Assembly (NCBI GenBank): GCA_016748015.1
Contig: JAAOMT010000599.1
Location: forward strand, 1 to 64,000
Origin: Geosiphon pyriformis uo1
Taxonomy: Eukaryota; Fungi; Glomeromycota
Direction of reading: 5' to 3'
DNA length: 64,000 nt
Position 1 is the first letter of the stretch. Each line of letters opens with the position of its first letter. The notes beneath the pieces were generated by a model that was not told the DNA's origin, did not search any database, and worked only from the letters and a program-made list of their open reading frames with translations. Made by a program: the position numbers and the translations under genes. Below are positions 43,191 to 56,299 of this stretch, piece by piece.

Positions 43191-43899
43191 GCTACTATTA
43201 CTGCTTGCTATAATCAAAGAGATAAATGAATCATGAAAATTATCATTTATCAGCTGAAAAAAAGTAACAAAATAAAAAGTTTTCACGTTCAAATTCATGA
43301 ATCAAAGCGTCTTCATGTAAATGAGGGGTTAAAAAATTTTTTTCAATGATTACATTTTCAAAAAATCATAATCTTTTGGCAAATATTAATCAGTGATTGA
43401 CTAAGCATTCAATATCTGATACTCCAAAAATGTATGTTCATTGACACAATGACCATTATGATTATTATACCAGTGTTGTTGCTGTTGCTGTTGCTGTTAC
43501 TGTTGCTAATGTTAATGCTGCTGCTGCTGTTGCTGCTGCTTTTGTTGTTCATATGAATTGTTGTTGCATATAAAACCCCCTATTTAACTCCTAAAAAATT
43601 ACAAAGTTAGGCAGGGTAAAAGGGGTTAATTCATATTTCTCAAAATTAGACCTAATCTCTTCCACGTGAGATAGAAAACAGAAAAATTTTTGTTATATCT
43701 CTTTGCATTTTGATTAGCGTTAACATGTGTTATTCAAATGTGATTTCAAATTCAGGGTTCAAAAAGAAAATTCAAACATCTTTTATCATACTTGAAAAAG
43801 AAACATAACTTGAGTTGAAAAATTAGATACCTTACATAACAAACCATAATAATAACAATAACAATAACAAAACAACAACAACAACAACAACAATAACAA

Positions 43900-43932
<33 letters not shown>

Positions 43933-44118
43933 TACAACAACAACAAACAAGTAAACAGACAAACAATAATGATAATAATAAAGCAATCAAGAATTGAACA
44001 AGTTTTTTGAAATTTCTCCATTGTTAGTGAATCGCTTTTGAACTTGAAAAATTATTTTGCTTTTTAATTTTTTAAAAGAATGAAAAAGATGATTAAAATT
44101 CCAATAGATCAAAATATT

Positions 44119-44168
<50 letters not shown>

Positions 44169-44699
44169 AAGATTACGAAATGACTTGAAAATGATTAAGT
44201 AAAAGTTCATTTCATGATTTTCGAATATCTATTCTCATTATTTCCAAGGATTAATTGTGAAAACTTGGCAATGATCACGATGAAACAAGAGAAAATTACC
44301 TTGTATTTTGTTTTTGTTTTTCAAAATTCTACTCACAATTTCTAGATCTTCAATCTACTTGCATTTTACTTATATATGTCATGTCATGTTATGTTATGTT
44401 ATGTTGTTCTGGTATACAAATGTTACCTAAAGTTCCCAAAAATCTTTTATTAAAACTTTACAAATTTTTTATCATACTAATACCCAATTGTTGAAACATG
44501 TTTGAAGAATTTCTATCTGACTATTCGTTTGTAAAAAATTTTGATAAAAAGACTAGTCCGGTTTCTATTTGGAGAGATATTCAGACAAGGATCAACTTGA
44601 TCTAAAATTTCCAAAGAAAAATATATTTTTAAATTAATTGTAAATGTATCATGTATACTCAAAATCTACCCATAATTTATATAGTGAATAATTTATTAG

Positions 44700-45260
44700 A
44701 TAATTGAACCGCAAGTTCAAATTTCTCTACTGTTACTTTTAGAAAAGTTTCTTGCCCCAACCCATACACCAAAAAACCGATCATTGGTCATGACATCATT
44801 GTCACTTCAAGGGCTACGCTGGGGAATTAAAGTTTTTGATAAAAGCCCTTTTAATATAATCTTCCCCACAATTACGGGATCTTCATCGTCTCATGATCTC
44901 ATGTTGTCATTTAGTCAATTATTCGATTGTTTTTCAAATAAAATTCATTGTTCATTGTTATTTTGGTAAGCCTTTTGGGTGAGTTTTCTTAACCAATATC
45001 GTTCATCATATCCATACTTGTTAATTTCAATTAGGATATGATGTGGCGCATCACACAACAGGATTTTTTAATTGAGCCAAAGATGTTGTATTGCGCCACC
45101 ACTTTGATTTTGATTACGCCACTTAACAGCTAGGTAACTCCGGTCCGGAATATTTTCTTTGAGCCATTTATTCAAGTATTTCTGGTGTATCAGTTGTGAA
45201 TATAATTTGAGCCCCATCAATTGAATATGACTTTTTCCTGTGTTTATCTCCTCTAACCTA
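44700..45260 (-). pseudogene. Decayed coding-like segment, tentatively resembling a DEDDy 3'-5' exonuclease
   Basis: Complex, non-repetitive sequence after a possible AG acceptor. Reads SYSIDGAQIIFTTDTPEILE/KWLKENIPDRSYLAVKW...AIQHLWLN*KILLCDAPHHILIEINKYGYDERYWL..., with one frameshift and several stops. Family resemblance is by eye only. Confidence 0.25.
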
Positions 45261-46316
45261 ATTATTAATTGAATCAAAAGATGAGGGGAGAATCCGGAAA
45301 AATGTACGTCATTTGATTGATTGATTGATTGATATATATATATATATGATTAGCGTGAATTTATATGGCTATAATCGGGAAACATAAGAACTGTTGGTTT
45401 TTCTAATACTCCAAGAAATTTCAATGATTCTTTTTAGTATCGGCTTGGAATATGATAGATACGAGTTTTTCATTGAAATTGGGTCGGCAATGTTTCTGGA
45501 TTTCTCTTTGTTTTAATATGATATTTATTTATTTATTTATAAGAGTTCAATTTGAATCTCAATCAGGATTTCTATTTGAACGCCAAACCTGTATTGGGCG
45601 TTCAATTGATCCAATTTTCTTTTTTATTCATAAAAAGCCTCAATCACCAATCTTTGGTGAAAATCATAAATATTATCGAGATTCGAATTATTATTATTTT
45701 TTTTGTAGTTTTATGGATCTAAAGGCAAAGTTTGCTCAATCCCCTTGATTTTCATTCTTATTCAAAACCTCCTTAAGGAGACGAAGGGAGGAAACGTGTA
45801 CATATTTACTAATCACTAATTTCTAGTTTCCAGTTTCCAGTATAACAAGGAATTTCGGTTCAACCTGAAATTAAGAGGTTAGTTGTTAAAAAAGATGATG
45901 AAGTGATTGACCTACATTCCGAATGTCGATCAATTTGAATCGGGAAATTTGTAATGATGAATTCTGATTGGTTCTTTTGGCTTTTTGGCGTACTGGCCCA
46001 AATTAAAAAGTTACAAGAAACTAGGCCCTAAGTTGATTAACTTTAATTTAACAAATGCAATAATAAAAATGAAAACAAAAAAAAATTGATTAGTAATAAC
46101 ATGAAAATTTTGATTTTAAATCGAATTTTTATTCTTACATTAGCAAACAGGACCAATCATAATTTGATTCTTGAAATAACTCTTCGCCTATACGATGTTT
46201 CTAATACATATTTACGCACAAAAATCTTAAATAGAGTGCCTCATATTTATTAAAATCTTTTTCAAAACCAATGAGGATTGAAATTTTTTATTAAAATCTG
46301 AAAAAAAAAGGGTTAC

Positions 46317-46360
<44 letters not shown>

Positions 46361-46662
46361 GAAAATTAATAACATTTAGAGGAATTATTTTTGATACATA
46401 TGATGCACAAAATATTTGAAAAATATGTTCTCAAAGGTGAAATCGTTCTTTGATTCTATGAGATTTTTTTGAAATAAATAAATGAATAAATAAATAAATA
46501 AAACAGAGATTTTCAAAATTTCAAAATAATCAATATTATTATTTTTTTTCTAAATTCTTATTTTTGATTAATTGATTTCTCTTTCTAGATCCTACTACGT
46601 GATTATACCAAATTAAGGTAAAATTTGAAATTCTCTTTTTTTGTTATTTTAATTTTCAAAAC

Positions 46663-46689
46663 ATAATAATAATAATAATAATAATAATA

Positions 46690-46733
<44 letters not shown>
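46663..46733. repeat. (AAT)n followed directly by (ATT)n, a self-complementary microsatellite
   Basis: Direct reading. Confidence 0.9.
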
Positions 46734-46734
<1 letters not shown>

Positions 46735-47192
46735 TCAAGAAATGATCTCATATCATCTGAAAAATATATAGGGATAAAATTGACTATTTATGTTTGGAGG
46801 CTTTTTTATGATGATGATGATGATGATTATTATTATTATTATTATTATTATTATTTCGTTACAATCTTTTTATTTTATTTTATTTCATTTGTAAAGTTTT
46901 TGCTTTTAAGATAATAATTTTTTTTTGTATCTTGTTCTTTTCTAATAATTTATTGATTTCTTTGATTTATTATTTCTTAAAAAATATGAAAAGTTTGGAA
47001 GATGGATTTTTTATTTTGGAAATTTCATAAAAAAGATTTATATTAAAACTCTAGATTAAAAAAGTAACTCTAATAATAATAATAATAATAATAAAAGGCG
47101 TCAAATGATATTATAAATATCGTTTAAAATATTACCCCTCCCCCAGTGATCCTCTACGAAAATTTAAATTCATTCATTAATTCTTTCTTTCT

Positions 47193-47239
<47 letters not shown>

Positions 47240-48619
47240 TTTCTTTCTTTCTTTCTTTCATTCTTTTTTTGACTCTCAAACAATATTGTGAAACATATGA
47301 TCCTCATCTTATTATAATAACTCAAAAAACTTTGTGAATAAAAATTCTTCCAAATAGATCTTTGAAAATAAAATAAAATAAAATAAAATAAAAATAAAAA
47401 AAAGTTCCCATCGCAAATCTAAACAAAAAAGTTAAAAAGTTGATTGATAATACCTGACACCCGAAATTTGGCTTTTCTTCTTTCGATTTATTCATAATTA
47501 AATGTTTATATTCTCAAACAGTTATTATTAAACATTAAAAGAAAATTTTTGGAAATTTTGAAATCTTGGCTCAAATCGGCGAAAACTCTGAATTTTTTTA
47601 AAAGTTGGGAAATTTCCCTAAAAACTTCGGGATCATTAAAAAAGATAAATGATCACTGTAAAGAAATCTCCGATTGATTTAATTTATTCAAATTTTTCCC
47701 TGACGCCTTCTTTATATAGTATAGTATCTCAATATTTGTAATCAAAAAAACCATATCTGAAAGGCGACTCGGAGTTAAAATTTCTCCAATATTTTTCCGA
47801 TCTAGGTGACTATCAAATTGATTGAACGAAAACACGTGAAAAGGACAATGTTGATGATAGACCAATAACATTGGCACGAAAAAATTGATCTTACTTGAAA
47901 ACCCAAAAGTGTTTAAAATATATCTAATTCACTATGATTTACCATTATTGTAGAATGCTTCCCACGAGCTAATCATTTCAGGAATTTGCCTAGATTCCCC
48001 ACTAAACCATCATCCCCACAATTTTATATTATTCAATTTATTTATTTTTTTAATCGAGAATTTTAAAAATCTCGATATTATTAGTTTTCTTGGTCTTTGG
48101 TCTTGGTCTTAATCTTGTTTTGGTCACGTTTTCGGCAATAATCGATATTTTTTTTTCCAAATTCAAAAAAAAAAAATTTCATTTCGACTCAAGTTAACCT
48201 CCGAGACTTATCTGTATTTGAGATAATTCTCGGTGAGATCCGATTTTCAAAGCGATCAATTATCAAAGAAAATTTCATGGAAATATCCGTTATCTAAAGA
48301 TCATGCAAATAAAAGATTTCAAACAAAAAAAGTTTCTTATTTATATAAATTCATTTTTAAATCTATTAAAAATTTATAGAATAAAAATTATTTTAAATTT
48401 TCATTTATTAATTTATTTAATATTTAAAAAAAATTTATCTTCTGATTCATTTGTTTAATTTTTTATTTTATTTTATTTTATTTCAAATTATTGGTTAAAT
48501 ATATAAAAATTATTTATTATATTAGAAAAATCTTAATATATCTGACATATGATTATTATGTTGATCTCGCCTAAAAATTTATCCTTACATTTTTTTATTT
48601 TTTTTTGTTTTGTTTTGTT

Positions 48620-50580
48620 TTGTTTTTACATGTCAAAATGTTTGCAGTAATATAAATTGTCATAATAACAGTTGGCTTTTTATTTTATTGTGTAATTTTA
48701 TCAGTTTGATTTCTTTTTTTCTTTATATAAATATACATATTATTAATATAAAATGTTTAAACAAATCTATTAACAACATCAAAAAAGTTTTACTGTTGAT
48801 AATTCAAAAGTGTTATAAAAAAGTAAAACTGTTTCAAAAGTGGAATTTATCTTTTAATATATTGTTTAAAAATATTTTTTTGTTCTATTTAGAAACTTAT
48901 AGTTAAAATACTTTTTTATTTCTGAATTATTGGTTTGATTATTGTGAAAATTGTCAAATTATCTATTAAAAAATAAAAGTATTATTCAGAATTTGTTAAA
49001 AAATTTTATTAAATTTCGATATAATTTAAAAATAAAATTTACAATTAAACAATATTTAAATTTTTAATAAATTAAAAATATTAATTTAAATATTAACTAA
49101 TCTTTTGAAAAATTTTTGTTTATATTCTTAAATTTATTAAACATAAAATATTATTTTTTATTAATAATATTAATTTTTTAATTAAAAATAATGTTTTTAC
49201 AATTTTTTACAATTATTTTTGGTTTAATAATACAATTTTTGTATTAAAATTATATTTAATTAATAATATTATTATATAGATTTTTGTAAATTAATAATAG
49301 TTTTAAAAAAAAATTTTTTAAAAAACATTAAATAATTTTTTTTAATACTAAAAAAACATCTTATTGTTTTCTTTTATATTTTGATTTTTTTGTAAGCTAT
49401 TTTTTTAAACACATTTTTGGTTAAAAAATTAAATATAACAAACAAATATAATCAAGAAAAAAAATCTGTTTTAATATTAAAAAAATTATTATAAATTATA
49501 AATTTGGCAAATTAAACAAAAAACCAATATTAATATATTTATAAATTTAATGTATTTTCTAAAAAATTTATATTTTAAAATAATAAAATAGACAGTTTTT
49601 ATAACAATATTAAATATTAAAATATAAAAAATGTTAAATTGTAAAAATTAACTTAATTTTTAATAAAAAATAAAATTATTTTCAATATTATAAACAATAT
49701 ATTTTATAAAGTATTTAAAATTATATTTATTTTTGAGTTAAATATAATTAAAACTAAAAAATTAACAATAAAACATAATATTATAACAAATATTAATTTA
49801 AAACATATAAATATATATATAAATTAAAAAATAATTATTAAAAATTTTTGGTAATATATTTAAAATAATTATAAAATTATATTTTTTAAATTTGCTAAAA
49901 TAATATTAATTAAGTTGTTAAATTAATAGTTTTTAAATAGTTTATTATAATTAATAAAAATTTAATATATATAATAAAAATTAATATTAATTTTAAATAG
50001 TTTTATAAACATAAAAATAAACTTGACAACAAAATATCAAATCAATTAATAACTAATAATAAATATAAAATAAATAAGTTAATTTCAAGATAATAAAAAT
50101 TCTAATAAAAATATTTATTAATAAATTTTATATATTAATATTAATTTATTAGCAATAAGAAAAAAAATTATATTAAAAGTACTAATTATTTGAAAGTTGT
50201 TTTTTTAATAAATAAATTTAAAAAAATTACTATTTTTATAAAATTTAAAAAAAAACATAAACAAAGCTGTAATATTGGTTAGTAAAAAAAAATTTAAATA
50301 AACTATAATCTTAAAAAACAAAAAATTTATTTAAATTAAATTATAATAATTAAAAAATTTTTTATAAATTTGTTAAAAAAATAATTGTTTTGGTTTTGTT
50401 TAAATTTAATTAAATAGTATTAATTTAATTATAACTTATTAAACTATAGCAAAAATCTATAAAAAAATTGTTAAATTAGATTAAATTAATTTATTAATAT
50501 TTAAAAAGTTAATCTTAATTGACAAAAATTTAATATGTATAGCTAAACTTAATACAAATTATACAACCTAATTGTTAAAA
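48620..50580. other. Extremely AT-rich eroded sequence, probably TE-derived
   Basis: Almost no G/C and nearly CpG-free, like 24900-26880 and 12240-13100; origin not identifiable. Confidence 0.45.
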
Positions 50581-51023
50581 AATTATTTTGTTTACTTTGT
50601 TTTTTTGTTTTTTTTTAACATTTTACTGAATGAGACCCAAATGCCACCTAGCACAATACATTAAACTAAGTAATCTAAACTAAGTATAAATTATGCACTT
50701 TCTACACATAATCAGCCACTTGAATTAATCAGAACAACACTACAAATCTATCTTAACAGACATTATATTATCAATATCAGAAAAAAAACAGTAAGATCTA
50801 TGAAAATCAAAGCTAATACCAAGCACTTTAACAATACTAAGCAACCTAATAACCCCAACAAAAAGCAAAGATAACAGACTACAGATCTTAGACAACACTA
50901 AATCATCCTCTATAATCAAGCTTTTTTTCTTCATAATTGTCTTATACTTGGCTTAAACCATCTATATATTAGTATAGTAAGCTACTCCCAAGTTTTAAAC
51001 AAAATTTACAACATTCTTACTGG

Positions 51024-52025
51024 TGTTACCAGACGAAATTAGAGATATCATTTAGCATAAAACTATCCTATAATTCCTATCATTAATTAGCATATATTAT
51101 TGTTTCAAATTATCACTTATGATATTAGCAAAAATGTCCGAAATTATCATTTAATTAATAATCCAAATTGTACACAACACAAATGTAACCTAATTGCGAA
51201 GATCAATCATGCAATACCCTGAACTATGTAACATTCAGAAGTTTGCCAAAATTTGTAGAAATTTGCCGAAATAATTGATAGTTCACCGAAATATCTAATA
51301 GTTCACTGAAATAACTTGTAGTTTACCGAAATGTATCTTTAGTTCAGCGAAATTGTAGAAAATAGCAAAGTTCAAGTTCATAGAATAGTGTTACAACAAG
51401 TTGTATAAAAGAAGAGCTTCTCTCTTCAAGAAAATGTATCTTACTTTAGATTTATTACTTAGAACCATTTCTACACACACAAAAAGAAATAAAATACCAA
51501 ATAAATTTGAAAAACTAAATTCTTTAATTATTGCCCTTGGAAAATCTCCAAAAACCAACTAACATTTCGAAATTAATTAGCTACCAATTTCAGTAAACTG
51601 TTAGTGACTTCAGGCCTGGATAGAAAACGTTTTCCTTGACAAAATTCTATTTCTTTTACATTTCTTTTACATTTTTTTTATTTTTTTTTATTTTTTTTTA
51701 TTTTCTTATTACAATCATTGGGGTAGCCTACAGACGAGATTCCTGTAGAAGAGTTGACTTTCACAGCAAAGTAACTACACATTTTTAGTGAGCTTCCAGA
51801 TGAGCAATTCCTGAGAAAGAGTTGACATTTACTACAACGTAACTACATAAAGCAACTGGCACGGAATTGGTCATTCCACTCATAAGCCCAGCAAGTTCAA
51901 ATTATAGGAGATAATTTGAAGATAAATTCAGTTACTGGAGGTTCAACCACATCCAGAAAACGTGAATTCACAGCAAATAAGTATCAACAACATTACAGAA
52001 AAGAGACCAAAAACCTCTGGTAACA
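51024..52025 (+). repeat. 5' LTR (1002 bp)
   Basis: Perfect 10-bp inverted termini TGTTACCAGA...TCTGGTAACA; TATAAAA at about 51404; direct repeat of 59915-60753. Confidence 0.97.
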
Positions 52026-52027
52026 TT

Positions 52028-52038
52028 TGGTGCTCTCC
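52028..52038 (+). promoter_or_regulatory. Primer-binding site TGGTGCTCTCC
   Basis: Separated by 2 nt from the LTR end; TGG complements a tRNA CCA end. The priming tRNA was not determined. Confidence 0.88.
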
Positions 52039-52070
52039 TATGGAAACAACACAGCAACAACAAATTCAAA

Positions 52071-53883
52071 GTGGCAACCACACCAGACACAACAACTCTA
52101 GAGTATTACCAATCAATTTACACCCACTGCAAGCAAAGATTCAACATTCCAGACGGAATTGAAGTTGTCAAGAAATCAGTATACCAATACATTGAAAACC
52201 ACATCAACAATTATCTTTTTGGAAATTACAATATCTCAGAAGTCAGAAGCAACTTTTACAATAATTTAGTACACTATTCACAGTTGGGAACTGAAGACCT
52301 TAATAGTGAAACACTTGCCACTTACTTTCACGAACTTAATTTTAACATTATCAAATACTGTGAAGAAACATATCCAGTGCAGTCTCAATACACTATTGAT
52401 TTTGAATCGGAAACAGAAATAAGCAACAAAGGCAAAAACAAATTAAAGCAATATTCAAGAACCACCCCAAATACTCCAACACTACTGAAAACAACTGCTA
52501 GACATTTACAAACACCTGAACAAGGAACCAGTTTAAAACTTCTACTTACTATCACACTTTTTCTAGCCTTATTTGTACAAACACAAACACCTAATTCACC
52601 CTTGAATCAATTTGCAAGACCAGAAGATTTTACATCACTCAGAAGTCCCACCAGACAACAAGAACCCCTTCAAACTAGTTCCAATCTCCTTGATTTTCTA
52701 GCTAAAAATCAAAGTGAACACTCTGAGACAGCAGCAAATGAAGAAAACAACTCTGAAATAACCAAAGAAGAATCAATAGACAGTGAAAACGAAATGACAA
52801 CATACATCGCAAAAATCTCTGAATTCAATGGAGAAAATATTGAGACCAGTCCCCAAGAATGGCTTGACCAAGTTACTAAAGCTGGAGATGCAAATGGATG
52901 GAACGCTGCCAGAATGTTAAGAACAATTCCTTACTTTCTCAAAGAAACAGCAGAAGAATGGTTTGAAAACCTTGCCACCCCATTCAATGATTGGAATGCT
53001 TTCAAAGCAGCCTTCCTTGAACAGTTCACCGACAATAATACCTCTATCACTCTTCACAATTGTTTTCGAAATATCAAACAAGAACCCTCCGAATCTGTTA
53101 TGACTTATATTGGAAAATTCAACAAACTTCTCAGATGGATTTGCCAACTCAAGACAAATGATTATTATTCTGATGCTCAAATCTTGGATCAATTTATCAC
53201 TAGTCTAAAAGATAAACTAATTAAAAAGGTTCGCCCACATGCGCCAGAAGATTTAAACTCTGTAATACAGCACGCGAAAAGATACGAAATGGCCATAGAA
53301 GAAGCCAATCATACAAAACTTGTAAATTTGGCAATTGGAGAACCCAGCTCAGCAGCTGAGGAAAAAAATTGACCAACTCACAAAGAAGGTCGAAAACTAT
53401 TTTACCAACCAACAACAACAACAACCCCAAAGATATCAACCACTCCAAAGATGAAATTAAAATAACTTTGCACCACTTTCCAATAACCAGCCCCAGAATT
53501 GCCATTACTGTGGAATCTCTGGCCACTGGAAAAGAGATTGCAGAAAGCTGCAACGAGACCAACAAAATAGGGGTAATCAACGTTACTCTCCACCACAGCA
53601 ATCTTATTATCAACCATCACCACCAGCTTACTATCCACCAAGATCCCAATACCAAAATAACTATTATCAGCCCGCCCCACAACCAATCCAACAGCAATAC
53701 CAACAACCACCCACACAATATTATCAAGTACCTGCTTGAAGACTGATTACACAAAATCAATTCACACCACAAAACCGATACCAAGTAAACAACAGTAGAA
53801 TCAGTTCGAACAACCAATTGGTTCCCTGAAATACCACTCAACTAAGATCCAACCATTACCACACTCAACCCAGTTATTTAACA
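52071..53883 (+). pseudogene. gag: Gag: N-terminal extension, capsid domain, CCHC zinc knuckle, Q/P-rich tail
   Basis: ORF 52071-53372 with EFNGE..PQEWL..GW..AEEWF..FKAAFLEQF. A +1 shift in an A-run at about 53365 joins it to CHYCGISGHWKRDC (53500-53541), in frame with the protease. Confidence 0.9.
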
Positions 53884-54470
53884 ATGCCGGAAGAACAGGA
53901 TTTTCACCATACTGCACTCTCGGAAGGTAGAGCTGCAGCACAACAACAACAAAACCCTTCTCATAACCACACCACTATTCTACTAGCCCAAATTGCTGAA
54001 AACGCCAATTTCTCTGATATCTTTCCTTTTGAATTTGAAGCAAATGAATCACCATTCTTGCTTAGCAATGCAGCGGCTAATGAGCAAAAAGCCATCACTA
54101 CAATATACGCAGAAGCTGAAGTAAAAGGAAAGCCAATTCGCTTGATTCTAGACAGTGGATCTGCCGGAAGCATTATTACCTACCAGTTAATGCAACAGTT
54201 GAAAAAAAATGTTGACCGACCAGCTCAAACAGTAATTGTCACTGCCGATGGCATGAAAAAGACACCAGTGAGAGAAATTGACAATTTTCCATTCACTCTT
54301 GATGAAATCACCATTCCAGTCAAAGTTCTTGTAATGGATGCACCCCAGTACCAAGCTCTCGTCGGAAATGATTGGCTTCAAAAAGCCAATGCTAATCTGA
54401 ATTGGGAAACACAAGAGTTAACAATCTCCTACTAAGGACAACACGCCCAAGTACCTGCCATTTGTGGTAC
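53884..54470 (+). pseudogene. Aspartic protease
   Basis: EVKGKPIRLILDSGSAGSII ... ALVGNDWL. Confidence 0.93.
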
Positions 54471-54689
54471 ATTCAACAAATGCTCTGAAAAAGCCCCAGC
54501 TTTTGAATTTGAACCAGAAGAAGAAAAACCAATAATCAAAACATTCATGGCTCTTGGATCAACGTCCAACTGGGCCGATGAAACATAACAAGAACATTTT
54601 ACTCCACACACTAAACCCGAAACCTCTGGATGGAATATACCTTACTCAAAACCTGAACCGAGAAAACAACGCCCCTATATTCCCCTTAA

Positions 54690-55300
54690 ATGTAAGGACT
54701 ATCACAAGAAACTATCGTCAATGGAAGCCTGTATTTCACCTGAAGAAGAATATGAGAATCATACTTGTTATTACTACAAGGCTTGCCACAGAGAGCGATG
54801 GGGCCATCTAATAAAAAGGAGCAGAAAATGGGACAACACCCCTTGTTTGACTTGTGGAGATATGCTACCAGAAGAATGCAATTGGATTGATGTAGCAATG
54901 AGAGGAGGTGTCTGCAATCAGACCTGCCAATATGTTTTATCAATTTCAGAAAAAGTAAAAAGAGGGACACCTTTTAATGCAGCATACAATAGTGCTCTCA
55001 ACAAACTTTATCACTACCCTCATGATGCTGAGATGATTTTCGACTTAGCAATAGCATTAATTAATGGAGCTACCAAAGAGAATGTTCGTCAAATGAAGGA
55101 AGCAGAATACATTGAATACACTATGGAATTAGCTGGATTCGATTACGAAGATGAAGTAGAAGTCTACCACCAAATTGCAAGTCACATCTATTCGACCCAA
55201 GAAGCTCAAATTCAATAATTAGAGCAAATGAACATTAGGCTATGTGAAGAATGCATTATGCCTTGCGATGAACAGTGGTGTCCCGAATGCTATGCTCTTA
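54690..55300 (+). pseudogene. Cys-rich uncharacterised polyprotein domain
   Basis: CYYYKAC, CLTC, CNQTC, CEECIMPCDEQWCPEC, in frame with the protease and dUTPase. Confidence 0.8.
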
Positions 55301-55409
55301 GTATCCCCTTGCCCAGCAAAAATGATGAGAATGAAATTGAATTTGGAGAACCTGAAGAAACAGAAGAAATTAAAACAACACCTATCTACCTTATCAAAAA
55401 TCAGCCTGT

Positions 55410-55845
55410 CTTACAACTTAAATACTTCAACAACAATGGACAAGGAATAAAACCTGAAAAGGCACACGAAATTGATGCTGGATATGACCTAAGATATCCA
55501 GGCAAGGATACTCTTGTTCTCAAACCCAAATCTCTTACAAAAATCAACCTCAAAATTGCACTCGAAATCCCACCAGGAGCAATAGTTCAAATCACCTCCC
55601 GGTCTTTTCTGGCAAGCAAAGGAATCAATGTCAGAGGAGGAATTATCGATGCTGGATATACTGGAGACATAACAGTGATGCTTCAAAATGAAACTGACAA
55701 ACCATTCAAGATCAAACATGCTGAAAAAATTGCCCAAGCTATTTACCTACCCTTAATCAACATTTTGGGTTTGCAACTAGTTAACTAAAGAGAACAATTA
55801 GGAAAAAAGCGATAGAGAAACCCAAGGTTTTGGTTCAACTGGACA
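55410..55845 (+). pseudogene. dut: Trimeric-type dUTPase domain
   Basis: All five motifs: AGYDL, SRSFLASKG, GIIDAGYTGDI, EKIAQAI and, after a stop and frameshift, R.TQGFGSTG. Confidence 0.93.
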
Positions 55846-56299
55846 ATTTACAGTTCTAGTTAATATAGCTCTTAACATACAGAACAAATTCCACCAGATT
55901 CTCAGACTTCCACAACCGATTACCATCTCACCATTTGGAGAACATCCGGAAATCTACACCTGTCTAAAGCCAACAACCACACAACAAATTTTTTGAGTCC
56001 AATGAGCAAGTCTGCTTGGAACATAATATTTTGATCCCAAACATTTATATTCCAGAAAGAACAAAGAAAGTCCGAGTTACTTTTTACAACCTCAATAATT
56101 ACCCCATAATTTTATTAAATAATTTAAAAATTGGAGTTATTCACAGTAATATATTTCAACAAGAATTACCCCAAATAGTTCCCAATTTCTCTGAAATTAT
56201 TGGACATTCAATACCAAAAACCAACCCAAACCCCAGCTCTGAAAACTACCATGTTGTCATGGGAAAACTATCTCAAATTAACATAGGACAACTTGAACC

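Noticed and set aside
53360-53372. Programmed gag/pol frameshift at the A-run ending the 433-aa ORF
   Set aside because: It falls between capsid and zinc knuckle, which would strip Gag of its nucleocapsid. A single-A insertion or homopolymer error is simpler.
52917-55737. Antisense and alternative-frame ORFs over gag-pol
   Set aside because: Shadows of the biased codon usage of the sense ORF; no motifs.
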